Made by a program: the position numbers and the translations under genes. The notes below the pieces were generated by a model that was not told where the DNA came from, did no database searches, and saw only the letters and a list, made by a program, of their open reading frames with translations. DNA of 33,063 nt from Mucilaginibacter sp. (GTDB lineage: Bacteria; Bacteroidota; Bacteroidia; Sphingobacteriales; Sphingobacteriaceae). This document shows positions 24,775 to 33,063 of this stretch, in pieces; positions within the stretch are counted from its first letter, which is position 1; every line of letters begins with the position of its first letter. The DNA is taken from NCBI GenBank assembly GCA_014376655.1, contig JACMRC010000273.1, forward strand, positions 1-33,063, read 5' to 3'.

Positions 24775-25200
24775 ATGTTTGATACACAAGAAGTTGCTTG
24801 GGCTGATCTTTCCATCAGGGTGTTTGATACAACGGTTAAAGCTAACCGTGGTACCAAATATAAAAAGGAAAGCGAAAAAGAGCATTTATATGCAGCGGGT
24901 AATGAGCCAATAGGCATACAGACTGGCAATGCTAAATACGATGGCTCTTTAAAAATATTAAAGTCGGGTTTAGACAAGTTGAATGCGGCCGCCAAAGCTG
25001 CGGGCTACAGCGATATTACCCAAGTGCCTTATCAGGTAATCATATTAACGGTTAGCTATAAAGAGGGTTTTGGCAGGGCTATACAAACCGACCAGCTGCG
25101 TGGCCTTAGCTTTTCTGCTTTTGAAAAGGGCATGGACCAGGGAGCGAAGTTTATGGAGGTAGAACTTCCATTTATCTATTTAGAATTAACCAGTAAATAA
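24775..25200 (+). CDS. Tail tube protein
   Basis: 141 aa after the sheath; EKEHLYAAGNEPIGIQTGN and MEVELPF motifs. Confidence 0.8.
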   Translation: MFDTQEVAWADLSIRVFDTTVKANRGTKYKKESEKEHLYAAGNEPIGIQTGNAKYDGSLKILKSGLDKLNAAAKAAGYSDITQVPYQVIILTVSYKEGFGRAIQTDQLRGLSFSAFEKGMDQGAKFMEVELPFIYLELTSK

Positions 25201-25217
25201 AGTTAAATACCCATTAA

Positions 25218-25535
25218 ATGAAGAATTTAAAAGCATTAGAAGAAATTACACCCGAAGTAATTGAAGCTTGGAAAAGCGAGCATAAACGTGGCGTTTGGCA
25301 ATTATCAGTTGATGGTAAGGTTGGTTATGTTAGAAAACCCACTCGTGACGAAATGAAGTACGCAATGACCTTTGCTACCAAAAACGACCCATTGGGTATG
25401 GTAGAAGAAATTCTAAAATCTTGCTGGTTGGGTGGCGATGACGACCTGATCAATGATGATGATTTCTTTTACGGTGCAGCCGAGCAGTTGCAAACCCTTA
25501 TCGAAATTAAGGCAGGCGAACTAAAAAAGTTGTAG
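25218..25535 (+). CDS. Tail assembly chaperone (G-like)
   Basis: Between tube and tape measure; ends in slippery A AAA AAG. Confidence 0.8.
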   Translation: MKNLKALEEITPEVIEAWKSEHKRGVWQLSVDGKVGYVRKPTRDEMKYAMTFATKNDPLGMVEEILKSCWLGGDDDLINDDDFFYGAAEQLQTLIEIKAGELKKL

Positions 25536-25714
25536 ACGAAGCATCAGGAAAATTAGAAGATAATTGGATAGGCTACGTAGATACCATGTTCGCTTATTAT
25601 CTGCCCGGCGTAGATACCTCGTCATTAACGGATCAACGCTGGGCAGAAATGTATAAACAACTCCTACACATAAGACAAGAAGAATCTAAAGAGCGAAATG
25701 GGCAACTTAGTTGA
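25523..25714 (+). CDS. -1 frameshift extension of the tail assembly chaperone (GT-like)
   Basis: A AAA AAG at 25523-25529; the -1 frame is open for 61 codons to TGA 25712-25714 (VVDEASGKLEDNWIGYVDTMFAYYLPGVDTSSLTDQRWAEMYKQLLHIRQEE...). Confidence 0.8.
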   Translation, partial: KKVVDEASGKLEDNWIGYVDTMFAYYLPGVDTSSLTDQRWAEMYKQLLHIRQEESKERNGQLS

Positions 25715-27485
25715 GTTTATTGTAAAAATCAAGGATATGGCAAGCGGCTCGGTCGCTCAGTTGGCAAATAATGCCGAAACTGGGTTTAACCGAATGAACG
25801 CAGGCCTTAACCGGGTTAGTAGCAATATGAATCGGCTTAGAATGTCTATTTCTGATATAGACAAAAAATTAAACGACCTACGCCGCACCCGAGAAATTAG
25901 CGTAGATGGCCGACAAATTCGGCGAATCAACCAAGAAATTACAGACTTAGAACGTAGGCGAAACCGCCTAGAGGGAAACTCGGGCGGTGGTATGGGCGGT
26001 ATGCGTGGTTTGGCAGCTGGTGCGATGGCCTTTGCTGGTGTTGCTGGCATAGGTAGCGTTATCGGCAAGGGTATGGATATGCAAATGGCATCCAAATCCT
26101 ATGAAATTGTTGCAGGTAAACAACAAGGCGTTGCAATTTTTAATGACTTGCAGAAATACGCACAAGACAGTATTTACGGTAATGAAGTTTTAGACGTTGG
26201 TAAAACAATGTTAGGCTTTGGAATTGAAGCCGACAAAGTAGGTAGCAGCGTTAAACGCTTAGGCGATATAGCGGGCGGTAATGCCGAAAGGTTGCAAAGA
26301 TTAGGACTCGCCTATTCACAAGTGAAAAGTGCCGGAAGGTTAATGGGTCAGGATGTTTTACAATTTGTGAATGCTGGGTTTAACCCTTTACAGGCGATAT
26401 CTAAAAAGACTGGCAAAAGTATGGCCGTCTTGAAAAAGGAAATGGAAGACGGTAAAATATCTTTCAATGATGTTGCTGGTGCTATTGAAATGGCTACTAG
26501 CAAGGGTGGTATGTTTTACAATATGGCCAAGCAATTAGGCGAAACCGCACCCGGTAAATTAATGGCGCTCTCGGGTGCTTTTGATGTGCTACAGGCTAAG
26601 GCTGGATCAAGTATTTTAGAAATGATGTCGCCATTGTTAGATTTTGGCAATTGGTTAATCAATAGCCCTAATTTATTAATGGGGTTAGTGTGGGGAATTG
26701 GTGCGGTTGCTGTGGCTTATGGTGCGTGGAGTGCTGTTATGGGATGGGCTGCAATTAAAGCTGCCATATTTAATATAGTGGCGTTTTGGCCATTGCTAGT
26801 AATTATGGTTTTAGTAGCAGCTATTGCCACTTTAATTTATAAGTACCAAGGTTGGGGTAAGGCAATGGAAGCATTGTGGATAATTACCAAAGCAGCTGTT
26901 AGTAATATAGGTATAGCCTTTAAAAACTTCTTTCAGGAGGTAGGATATCGGGCTGATTTATTCGGACTCAAAATCAAAGAAACTTTCCAGTTTGTGGGTG
27001 GCACAATTGGCAACCTTATGCGGGCTTTAATGCTGGCAGGTCAAATGAAATTTGGCGAAGCAAAACAAGCTTTGTTTGCTGAGGTCAAAACAAGTGCAAC
27101 ATCTGAAATTACAGAACTTGAAAAACGAAGAGGTAAGCAAGTATCACAAAATTTATATGATGTTGCGCAAAATCGCAGTCTTCAGGGAATTGGTGTACTT
27201 AGTAAACTAACCGAGCGAAAAGGTAAATCGCCCGCCGATTTAGGTATGGGCAGTATAACCGATATTAAACCCGGTGGAGCAAACACACCTACCAGCCTTG
27301 GCAAAACCAATGACGGTATTACTGGCGGAGGAGTTAAAAACCTAACCATCAATATTGGCAAGTTTCAGGATAAAACCGAAATACATACCACCAATTTAAA
27401 GCAAGGCATAAACGAAATTGAAGATACGCTTGCGGAAATGTTTTTGCGCATAGTAAACAGCGGAGGTGCAGCAATAGCATCATAG
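25698..27485 (+). CDS. Tape measure protein
   Basis: RLGDIAGG...LAYSQV...GRLMGQDVLQFVNAGFNPL tape-measure domain; hydrophobic central region. Confidence 0.92.
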   Translation: MGNLVEFIVKIKDMASGSVAQLANNAETGFNRMNAGLNRVSSNMNRLRMSISDIDKKLNDLRRTREISVDGRQIRRINQEITDLERRRNRLEGNSGGGMGGMRGLAAGAMAFAGVAGIGSVIGKGMDMQMASKSYEIVAGKQQGVAIFNDLQKYAQDSIYGNEVLDVGKTMLGFGIEADKVGSSVKRLGDIAGGNAERLQRLGLAYSQVKSAGRLMGQDVLQFVNAGFNPLQAISKKTGKSMAVLKKEMEDGKISFNDVAGAIEMATSKGGMFYNMAKQLGETAPGKLMALSGAFDVLQAKAGSSILEMMSPLLDFGNWLINSPNLLMGLVWGIGAVAVAYGAWSAVMGWAAIKAAIFNIVAFWPLLVIMVLVAAIATLIYKYQGWGKAMEALWIITKAAVSNIGIAFKNFFQEVGYRADLFGLKIKETFQFVGGTIGNLMRALMLAGQMKFGEAKQALFAEVKTSATSEITELEKRRGKQVSQNLYDVAQNRSLQGIGVLSKLTERKGKSPADLGMGSITDIKPGGANTPTSLGKTNDGITGGGVKNLTINIGKFQDKTEIHTTNLKQGINEIEDTLAEMFLRIVNSGGAAIAS

Positions 27486-27487
27486 TT

Positions 27488-28159
27488 ATGAGTTTAAAAA
27501 GTACCATAGAAGACAGAATATTAACTGGAGCGGATAAAGCGGCCAATGCCACTAATACGCCTGCCATTTTTGATGTAGCGCAAATTCTGCAAACGCTTTA
27601 TGGTTTTAAACCTATTGTTATACCCGGCTTGCCAGCTGCACCTGCCAACACCAATGAATTTATTATAGATACAAGTAAACTACCCAAACGCAGGGTAAGA
27701 ACTAATCAGGGTTCGCCTATATATGGCTTGCAAGATATGATTGGCCGTCAGGTTTTTTTGCCATTAACCATAGTTGCAAATGGGGTAGATTATGATTTCC
27801 CATTTACGGTCATCGGCATTAAATGCAAAAAAATATTGATAGAAACGCCAATGATTGAGCGGAGCGCATCTGTGATTGAAGAAATTGGGGTGGATGCTTA
27901 TCGCATTTCTGTTAAAGGGTTTTTAGTTGATCCATTGAACGATTTTCCCGATAATCAGTTGTACAAGCTGAAAGAAATGTTTGAATGCAAAACAACTGTA
28001 AAAATCAAAAGTGCGCTGGTGGATATTTTTTTAGGTGGCAATGATCAGGTAGTAATATCCAATTTGGATGTTCCCGAAAAACCGAAAGTTATTGGCGTTC
28101 GTGATTTTTCATTTGAATTGATACAGGACGGTGTTTTGGATTTATACGCAGTAAAGTAA
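27488..28159 (+). CDS. Tail/baseplate initiator-like protein (DUF6046-like)
   Basis: Position after the tape measure; KKILIETPM...SVIEEI...YRISVKG motif. Confidence 0.65.
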   Translation: MSLKSTIEDRILTGADKAANATNTPAIFDVAQILQTLYGFKPIVIPGLPAAPANTNEFIIDTSKLPKRRVRTNQGSPIYGLQDMIGRQVFLPLTIVANGVDYDFPFTVIGIKCKKILIETPMIERSASVIEEIGVDAYRISVKGFLVDPLNDFPDNQLYKLKEMFECKTTVKIKSALVDIFLGGNDQVVISNLDVPEKPKVIGVRDFSFELIQDGVLDLYAVK

Positions 28160-29142
28160 TGAGTTTTAAACTGTGCAGTTTGATAGATATTGGAGATTAC
28201 CAACTGCGTGGCGGTGTTAACGAAGTAAACATCAAAAAAAGCGTGAATACCATTGTTGATACGGCGAACATTAAAATACCAGCATTAGGCAGGGCATTGA
28301 ATAATGACACGTTACCCGCTTCATCTGTAGAAACTGCTGGTTTGTTTAAGGAAGGGCAAAAAGTAAAAATACAGCTGGGTTACAATTATAGATACAGAAC
28401 CGAATTTGAAGGTTTTGTTAGGCGTGTAAACCTGTCAACTCCAGTTAATATAGAACTAGAAGGGTACGCTTGGCAATTGCGAAAAAAAACAGTTGCCGCC
28501 AGTTGGCGCAGCGTAACCATTAAGCAGGTTTTAGAAAAGATTGTTGAGGGTACGGATATAGTTTTAAGTGATAAAATACCTGATAGCGATTTGATAAAGA
28601 TTACCCTAAAACCAATGACGGGATTACAGGCACTTGAATATGTAAAGGAAAAACTTTTGATGGTGGTTCATTTCGATGGCAATGTTTTGTATGCAGGTTT
28701 AGAAGAGGGCATAAAAAAGGGAGATGTACAGTACAGGTTAGGTTGGAACGTGATACGTGATGATCAGTTGAAATATAGGATTGCAGACGATACGCTGGTG
28801 CGTGTACGGATTGTATTGAAATTACAGAAAGGCGAACAAGTTTTATATGAGGCGGGTGACAAAAATGGCGAAATAGTTAAAAAGGAAGCTGACCATTGGG
28901 GTAAGCCTGAATCCTTTGTAAAGATTGCAAAAAGGGTTTTAAGCGAAAAAAAGTTTACAGGATTTGAAGGTAAAATAACGGCATTTTTAGAACCCTTTTG
29001 CCAGCCCACTTATACCGCTGAAATCATTGACAAAAAGTATGGCAAACGAGACGGAAAATATTTTGTAGCTGGCACAGAGGTAAAATTTGGAACAGGTGGC
29101 GCACGCAGAATTGTTGAAATAACAAGGAGGTTAAGTGTCTGA
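28159..29142 (+). CDS. Baseplate hub protein (Mu gp44 / P2 gpD-like)
   Basis: 327 aa; DTANIKIP, VKIQLGY...EFEGFV and GKYFV..TEVKFGTGGARR motifs. Confidence 0.8.
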   Translation: MSFKLCSLIDIGDYQLRGGVNEVNIKKSVNTIVDTANIKIPALGRALNNDTLPASSVETAGLFKEGQKVKIQLGYNYRYRTEFEGFVRRVNLSTPVNIELEGYAWQLRKKTVAASWRSVTIKQVLEKIVEGTDIVLSDKIPDSDLIKITLKPMTGLQALEYVKEKLLMVVHFDGNVLYAGLEEGIKKGDVQYRLGWNVIRDDQLKYRIADDTLVRVRIVLKLQKGEQVLYEAGDKNGEIVKKEADHWGKPESFVKIAKRVLSEKKFTGFEGKITAFLEPFCQPTYTAEIIDKKYGKRDGKYFVAGTEVKFGTGGARRIVEITRRLSV

Positions 29143-29602
29143 AAAATTAAATAAAGCCCGGGAAGCCCTTGCGGAATTTGCTGGCAAGTTTGCACCCGAG
29201 TTTGCTTTACAGGGTATCGTTAAAGAGATTGACACGGTAAATTATACGGTTGATGTTGAAATAGAAACCGATGTGGTTTATTTCGATTGCAGATTAAGAG
29301 CCGTGGTGAGCGATAAAAAAAGCATTGATGTTTTACCAAAAATGGGCAGTAAGGTATTGCTTTTAAAAATCTCGGAAAGTGATTATTTGGTTTTAGCCTG
29401 TGATGAGATTACGGAATATAAAATTACGGTGGGTACAGCGGTTTACAAACTGGATGCAACTGGTCACGTAATTGGCAAAGGTACAGAGACTTTAAAAAAA
29501 ATATTGGGCGATCTGATTGATACAGTTTTGACAATTGGTGCTTATAAAGACACCGCTAGTTTAACACAAATTAAACAGCGAATTAATAATCTATTAAAGT
29601 AA
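29135..29602 (+). CDS. Baseplate spike protein (gpV/gp45-like)
   Basis: GTG start; OB-fold-like N-terminus (TVDV...DCRL...PKMGSKV); synteny. Confidence 0.7.
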   Translation: MSEKLNKAREALAEFAGKFAPEFALQGIVKEIDTVNYTVDVEIETDVVYFDCRLRAVVSDKKSIDVLPKMGSKVLLLKISESDYLVLACDEITEYKITVGTAVYKLDATGHVIGKGTETLKKILGDLIDTVLTIGAYKDTASLTQIKQRINNLLK

Positions 29603-29826
29603 TGGCATTAGATAAAGCAGGTTTGAAAAGTGATTTAGATACGTTGTACACCGCAACTGTTGACAATGCAGACTTATCGCCTGCACAGGCTAAAGAATTA
29701 TTTTTAACCCGTATGGCAGATGCTATTGAAAAGTTTGTTAAAACGGCAACAGTTAACTATACAGGTGGTTTAACATCTGCCAATGGCGGAGTAGTAACAG
29801 GAACATTAAATCATACCATCAGCTAA
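29602..29826 (+). CDS. Small baseplate/spike-tip-associated protein
   Basis: 74 aa, translationally coupled; MADAIEKFVKTATV motif. Confidence 0.6.
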   Translation: MALDKAGLKSDLDTLYTATVDNADLSPAQAKELFLTRMADAIEKFVKTATVNYTGGLTSANGGVVTGTLNHTIS

Positions 29827-30113
29827 TGAAGGACTTTCTATTAACGGCGGACTTTGACTTGAAAATTGAAAATGGAGACTTCGTAATTGGAGAAAGTAAC
29901 CAACAGCATCAGCAATGTTTATTGTTGGCCGAAAAGGGAGCCTATAAACAGTTCCCCAATGTTGGTGTTGGGCTGGCAACTTTCATAAATGATGAAAACC
30001 CTGACGATTTACTACGTGAAGTGCGGTTGGAGTTTACAAAAGATGGTATGAAGGTAAATAGGCTGGCATACGAAAACGGAAAAATTAAGGTAGATGCTGA
30101 TTATGGCAAGTAA
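29826..30113 (+). CDS. Baseplate wedge protein (gpW/gp25/gp46-like)
   Basis: DLKIENGDFVIGES...KGAYKQFPNVGVG motif. Confidence 0.7.
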   Translation: MKDFLLTADFDLKIENGDFVIGESNQQHQQCLLLAEKGAYKQFPNVGVGLATFINDENPDDLLREVRLEFTKDGMKVNRLAYENGKIKVDADYGK

Positions 30114-30603
30114 CGTAAACATACAACCCGGAATGAACATTCTAGATGCTGCGATAGCATCGGGCGGTAGTATGGAAGATGTTTTCGCTTTATGTTTTTT
30201 AAACGGAAAATCCATAACCAGCGACTTAGTGCCAGGAACAAATTTGCAAGCTACCGGAAAGCAATACGCACCATCGGTAATGGGTGCAATTGCCAATCCT
30301 ACTATTGATACAATTAAGGTTATTGCTGGCCAAACATTATTGGATATGGCTATGCAACAGTTGGGTTCAATGGATGCGGTGTTTTCGTTGGCGAAATTAA
30401 ACGGACTATCGGTTACCCAGCAATTAGCCGATTCGCAAATTTTAAACTTTTCGATAATGCCATTTAACAGGATCATCGCAAAAGAATTTAAGGATAACGG
30501 TTGGAAGCCAGCATCGGCCACAACCACATCTGGAGTGCAAACCATACCTGTATTAGAGGGTGTGGATTATTGGGGAATAGAAATAGATTTTGAAGTAAAC
30601 TAA
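30103..30603 (+). CDS. Tail X / LysM-like protein with two repeats
   Basis: Duplicated motif GMNILDAAI..GSMEDVF.L..LNG.SIT..L / GQTLLDMAM..GSMDAVF.L..LNG.SVT..L. Confidence 0.75.
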   Translation: MASNVNIQPGMNILDAAIASGGSMEDVFALCFLNGKSITSDLVPGTNLQATGKQYAPSVMGAIANPTIDTIKVIAGQTLLDMAMQQLGSMDAVFSLAKLNGLSVTQQLADSQILNFSIMPFNRIIAKEFKDNGWKPASATTTSGVQTIPVLEGVDYWGIEIDFEVN

Positions 30604-30604
30604 A

Positions 30605-31435
30605 ATGGCAAGAACAATAGAAGAGGTTTACCAAACCATCATTACGCAAAAAAATAACACCGCCGAACTGGGTGCGCTTAACAGTACCTCTAAAACGGCG
30701 GTTTACAATCTAATGTGCTATGTAATTGCGGTTGTAATTGTTGCCTTAGAAAACCTTTTTGACTTGCACAAATCCGAGAATGATGCCATAATTGCCACAT
30801 TGAAACCACACACGGCAAGGTGGTATCGTGATAAAGCTTTGAACTTCCAATTTGGGCAGGACTTAACTGAAGGTGGTATTTATGCCAATGTTGGTTTAAC
30901 CAGTCAAAATATAGCAGCACAAAAAATAATAGCCCAAGCGGCAGTTACCGAGGTTGATGGTAGGTTAAGGATTAAGGTTACCAAAGCAAGTGGCGATGAC
31001 TTAGTTGCACTTAGTGCGTTACAGCTAACGGCATTTGTGGCCTATATGAATAAAATTAAAGATGCTGGTGTAAAGGTTATAAACGACAGCTTGGCAGCCG
31101 ATGCCCTAAAATTGACTTTGGATATTTGGTACAACCCATTAGTGCTAACTTCTACTGGTGCAAGGATAGACGGTAGCAGTACCGAGCCTGTTAAATCGGC
31201 GATAAAAGCCTATTTAAAAAACACTCCTTTCAATGGCGAATTCTCCAATACCAAACTTACAGATGAGTTACAAAAGATAGATGGTGTGGTATTCCCTGTC
31301 ATCAAATTAAGTCAGGCAAAATATGGCTTGTTTCCCTTTTCGGGGATTGATGAAAAGTATGTTCCGGATGCTGGATATTTAAGAATTGCGGATGCGGATT
31401 TAACTATTAACTACAGGCAGTATGTTCAATCTTGA
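30605..31435 (+). CDS. Baseplate J-like wedge protein
   Basis: 276 aa; MARTIEE, WYRDKALNFQFG and YMNKIKDAGV motifs; synteny. Confidence 0.75.
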   Translation: MARTIEEVYQTIITQKNNTAELGALNSTSKTAVYNLMCYVIAVVIVALENLFDLHKSENDAIIATLKPHTARWYRDKALNFQFGQDLTEGGIYANVGLTSQNIAAQKIIAQAAVTEVDGRLRIKVTKASGDDLVALSALQLTAFVAYMNKIKDAGVKVINDSLAADALKLTLDIWYNPLVLTSTGARIDGSSTEPVKSAIKAYLKNTPFNGEFSNTKLTDELQKIDGVVFPVIKLSQAKYGLFPFSGIDEKYVPDAGYLRIADADLTINYRQYVQS

Positions 31436-31883
31436 TATCAATAAATTGATTTTATGGATTCTGCCAGCTTTTAAAAGAAAGCCCGCAATGTATGCTTGGA
31501 TGCAAGCTTTGTGCTTCCCGTTGATACAGGTTTATAATCAGTTTACGGATAACCGGATAAGCAACCTTTATAAGTTATCGCACAATGGGCAGGTGTTTAG
31601 TTTAGAAAATGCCCTAAATGATAGGTTTGATAATGTGCTGAGGCGAATATATATAAGCGATGGATTTACAAAAGACAGGATTTACATTTTCACTCCCGAA
31701 GAATTGAAGCCCAAATTTTTAGGCACGCTATCAATTTTCAATAAAGATGATTATGCAGATACAGGGGTTGACTTTATAGTTTGGATACCTGCGGGCATAA
31801 CCGGGCAGGGTTTAATAGAGATTAAGGCATTGATAGATTTTTATAAAATAGCGGCCAAACGCTTTAGAATATACAATATATGA
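31422..31883 (+). CDS. Baseplate I-like wedge protein
   Basis: HNGQVFSLENALNDRFD...IYISD...DFIVWIP...IDFYKIAAKRF motif; follows the J-like gene. Confidence 0.7.
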   Translation: MFNLDINKLILWILPAFKRKPAMYAWMQALCFPLIQVYNQFTDNRISNLYKLSHNGQVFSLENALNDRFDNVLRRIYISDGFTKDRIYIFTPEELKPKFLGTLSIFNKDDYADTGVDFIVWIPAGITGQGLIEIKALIDFYKIAAKRFRIYNI

Positions 31884-32653
31884 ATAACACAGATTTTTCA
31901 CAGACAGGCGGTTTCCCATTTGATCAGGGAACGTTGGCATTTATGCAGAATAACATTGTGCTGGCTTCTAAAGCTGCGGCGATGGGCGGTACCTTATCTA
32001 TTATCAGCGGTTGCGAAATTGCTGGAGTAAATGCCACCAGCGGTTTTGTATTTATAAATGGCGAAATATTGCCATTTGTAGCCGGTACAATAACGGCGAA
32101 GGTTATTATTGTTGAAACAACAACTAGTCTGCTTTATCAAGACAATGTTTCCCGACCCGTGCAAAAGGTTAGGCACGCCACCTTTGGTGATGACGGCGTA
32201 ACCGATTATTTGTGGGTAAATTTTAAGCGCAATACTTCTGAAGGAGTTTTGGCAAGGTTGGAAAGGTTGGAGCGTATTGCTGCACCGATATTAACTGGCG
32301 ATGGTTGGTTGTTGTTTAACAGACCAGCAAATCAAATACCACCGCAATGGGCAGAGGTAGTGGAAATGCGTGGGCGAACGGCTATACACCAAGATGTAAC
32401 ACAAACGGAATTTGTGGCCATTGGCCAAACTGGTGGTAACAAAAACAAAACTTTAAGTATTGATGAAATGCCTGCGCACAAGCATACTTTAACAGGTGGT
32501 TTGGTGGGTCAGAGTTATTCTGCTAATGGTGGTACGACTAGAAATTCAATAGATAGTGCCAATCCACAAACGGAAAATACTGGTGGTGGTGTGCCATTTG
32601 GCATATTAAACCCTTACCGCATTGTTTTATACATTAAATACGTAGGCGCATAA
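31880..32653 (+). CDS. Tail fibre/collar-like protein
   Basis: IISGC...GFVFINGEILPF N-terminus; IGQTGGNKNKTLSIDEMPAHKH...ILNPYRIVLYI collar-type C-terminus. Confidence 0.75.
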   Translation: MNNTDFSQTGGFPFDQGTLAFMQNNIVLASKAAAMGGTLSIISGCEIAGVNATSGFVFINGEILPFVAGTITAKVIIVETTTSLLYQDNVSRPVQKVRHATFGDDGVTDYLWVNFKRNTSEGVLARLERLERIAAPILTGDGWLLFNRPANQIPPQWAEVVEMRGRTAIHQDVTQTEFVAIGQTGGNKNKTLSIDEMPAHKHTLTGGLVGQSYSANGGTTRNSIDSANPQTENTGGGVPFGILNPYRIVLYIKYVGA

Positions 32654-33063
32654 TGGCAACGGCAAGAAGCATATTAAAAGCCTATTTCCTTACAGGGAAA
32701 AAGCCAACACAAGGCCAGTTTGCTGCTTTGATAGATAGCTTTTTGCATTTGTCTGAAGATAGCTTAACCATTACGCAAATACAGGGGTTGCAGAATGTGT
32801 TGGCTGGTAAGGCTAGTACTGCACAGATAGATGCGTTGGCAAGCGCATTGGCTGCCATCGGTGGTGGCGGCGGTGGTTCTTTCACAACCCTTGCGGGCAA
32901 CGCATACGATAACGCATCCCTTGCAAGCGCATTGGCGGGCAAACAAGATAAGTTGAATCAACTTATTGCGGGATGTGAGATTACGCCGGGTGCAAATACC
33001 AGCATTGCCCCCGGTAACTGGAGGATTAACGGAACAACCCACGTAATAAACACAGCAACCTCC
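32653..33063 (+). CDS. Tail fibre-like protein, N-terminal part (truncated by window edge)
   Basis: ATG 32653 overlaps the previous stop; MATARSILKAYFLTGKKPTQGQFAALIDSFLHLSED...; frame stays open to the end of the window. Confidence 0.75.
   Translation, partial: MATARSILKAYFLTGKKPTQGQFAALIDSFLHLSEDSLTITQIQGLQNVLAGKASTAQIDALASALAAIGGGGGGSFTTLAGNAYDNASLASALAGKQDKLNQLIAGCEITPGANTSIAPGNWRINGTTHVINTATS

Larger units (their letters stand above)
278..33063. mobile_element. Mu-like transposable prophage with contractile tail (ends not identified; truncated at right edge)
   Basis: Repressor/Ner switch, then DDE transposase and AAA ATPase, then terminase, DUF935-type portal, MuF, capsid, lysis, sheath/tube/tape measure/baseplate genes; no integrase or host housekeeping genes seen. 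Confidence 0.95.

Noticed and set aside
19531-33042. Minus-strand ORFs opposite capsid, lysis and tail genes, including 30012-30545, 32682-32942 and 32764-33042
   Set aside because: Shadows of coherent + strand structural genes; the real final gene is the + frame from 32653.
31880-33063. Tail-fibre variation system (invertase/shufflon or diversity-generating retroelement)
   Set aside because: No invertase, reverse transcriptase or template/variable repeat pair is visible; one could lie beyond the right edge.

Overview
The window is essentially one Mu-like transposable prophage, most likely from a Bacteroidota host. That host call is inferred from TTTG-N19-TAnnTTTG promoters and A-rich start regions without Shine-Dalgarno sites. 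From left to right it holds a CI-like repressor (- strand) facing a Ner/Cro-like gene across TATAC-N7-GTATA operators, a MuA-like DDE transposase and MuB-like ATPase, and an early/accessory region (tandem DnaA-domain-IV-like proteins, DUF3164-like, DUF4406-like, a RecA-like ATPase, GemA-like). Next come a putative late activator and a minus-strand packaging/head block (TerS, TerL, adaptor, portal, MuF with a C-terminal nuclease-like domain, virion morphogenesis proteins). A plus-strand block follows with protease/scaffold, major capsid, lysis genes and a contractile tail/baseplate, and it runs off the right edge. Neither prophage end could be identified. Four non-coding signals stand out. (1) An integrase-less array of integron-like gene cassettes at 10472-11725, where each cargo unit has self-complementary GTTA.../...TAAC ends and attC-like hairpins separate the units. 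(2) A promoter-driven structured small RNA candidate, rather than an immunity ORF, abutting the MuF toxin domain. (3) Two tRNA-minihelix-like elements in the early operon. (4) Several repeat families at gene junctions. All family assignments come from motif recognition and synteny, not from database searches.
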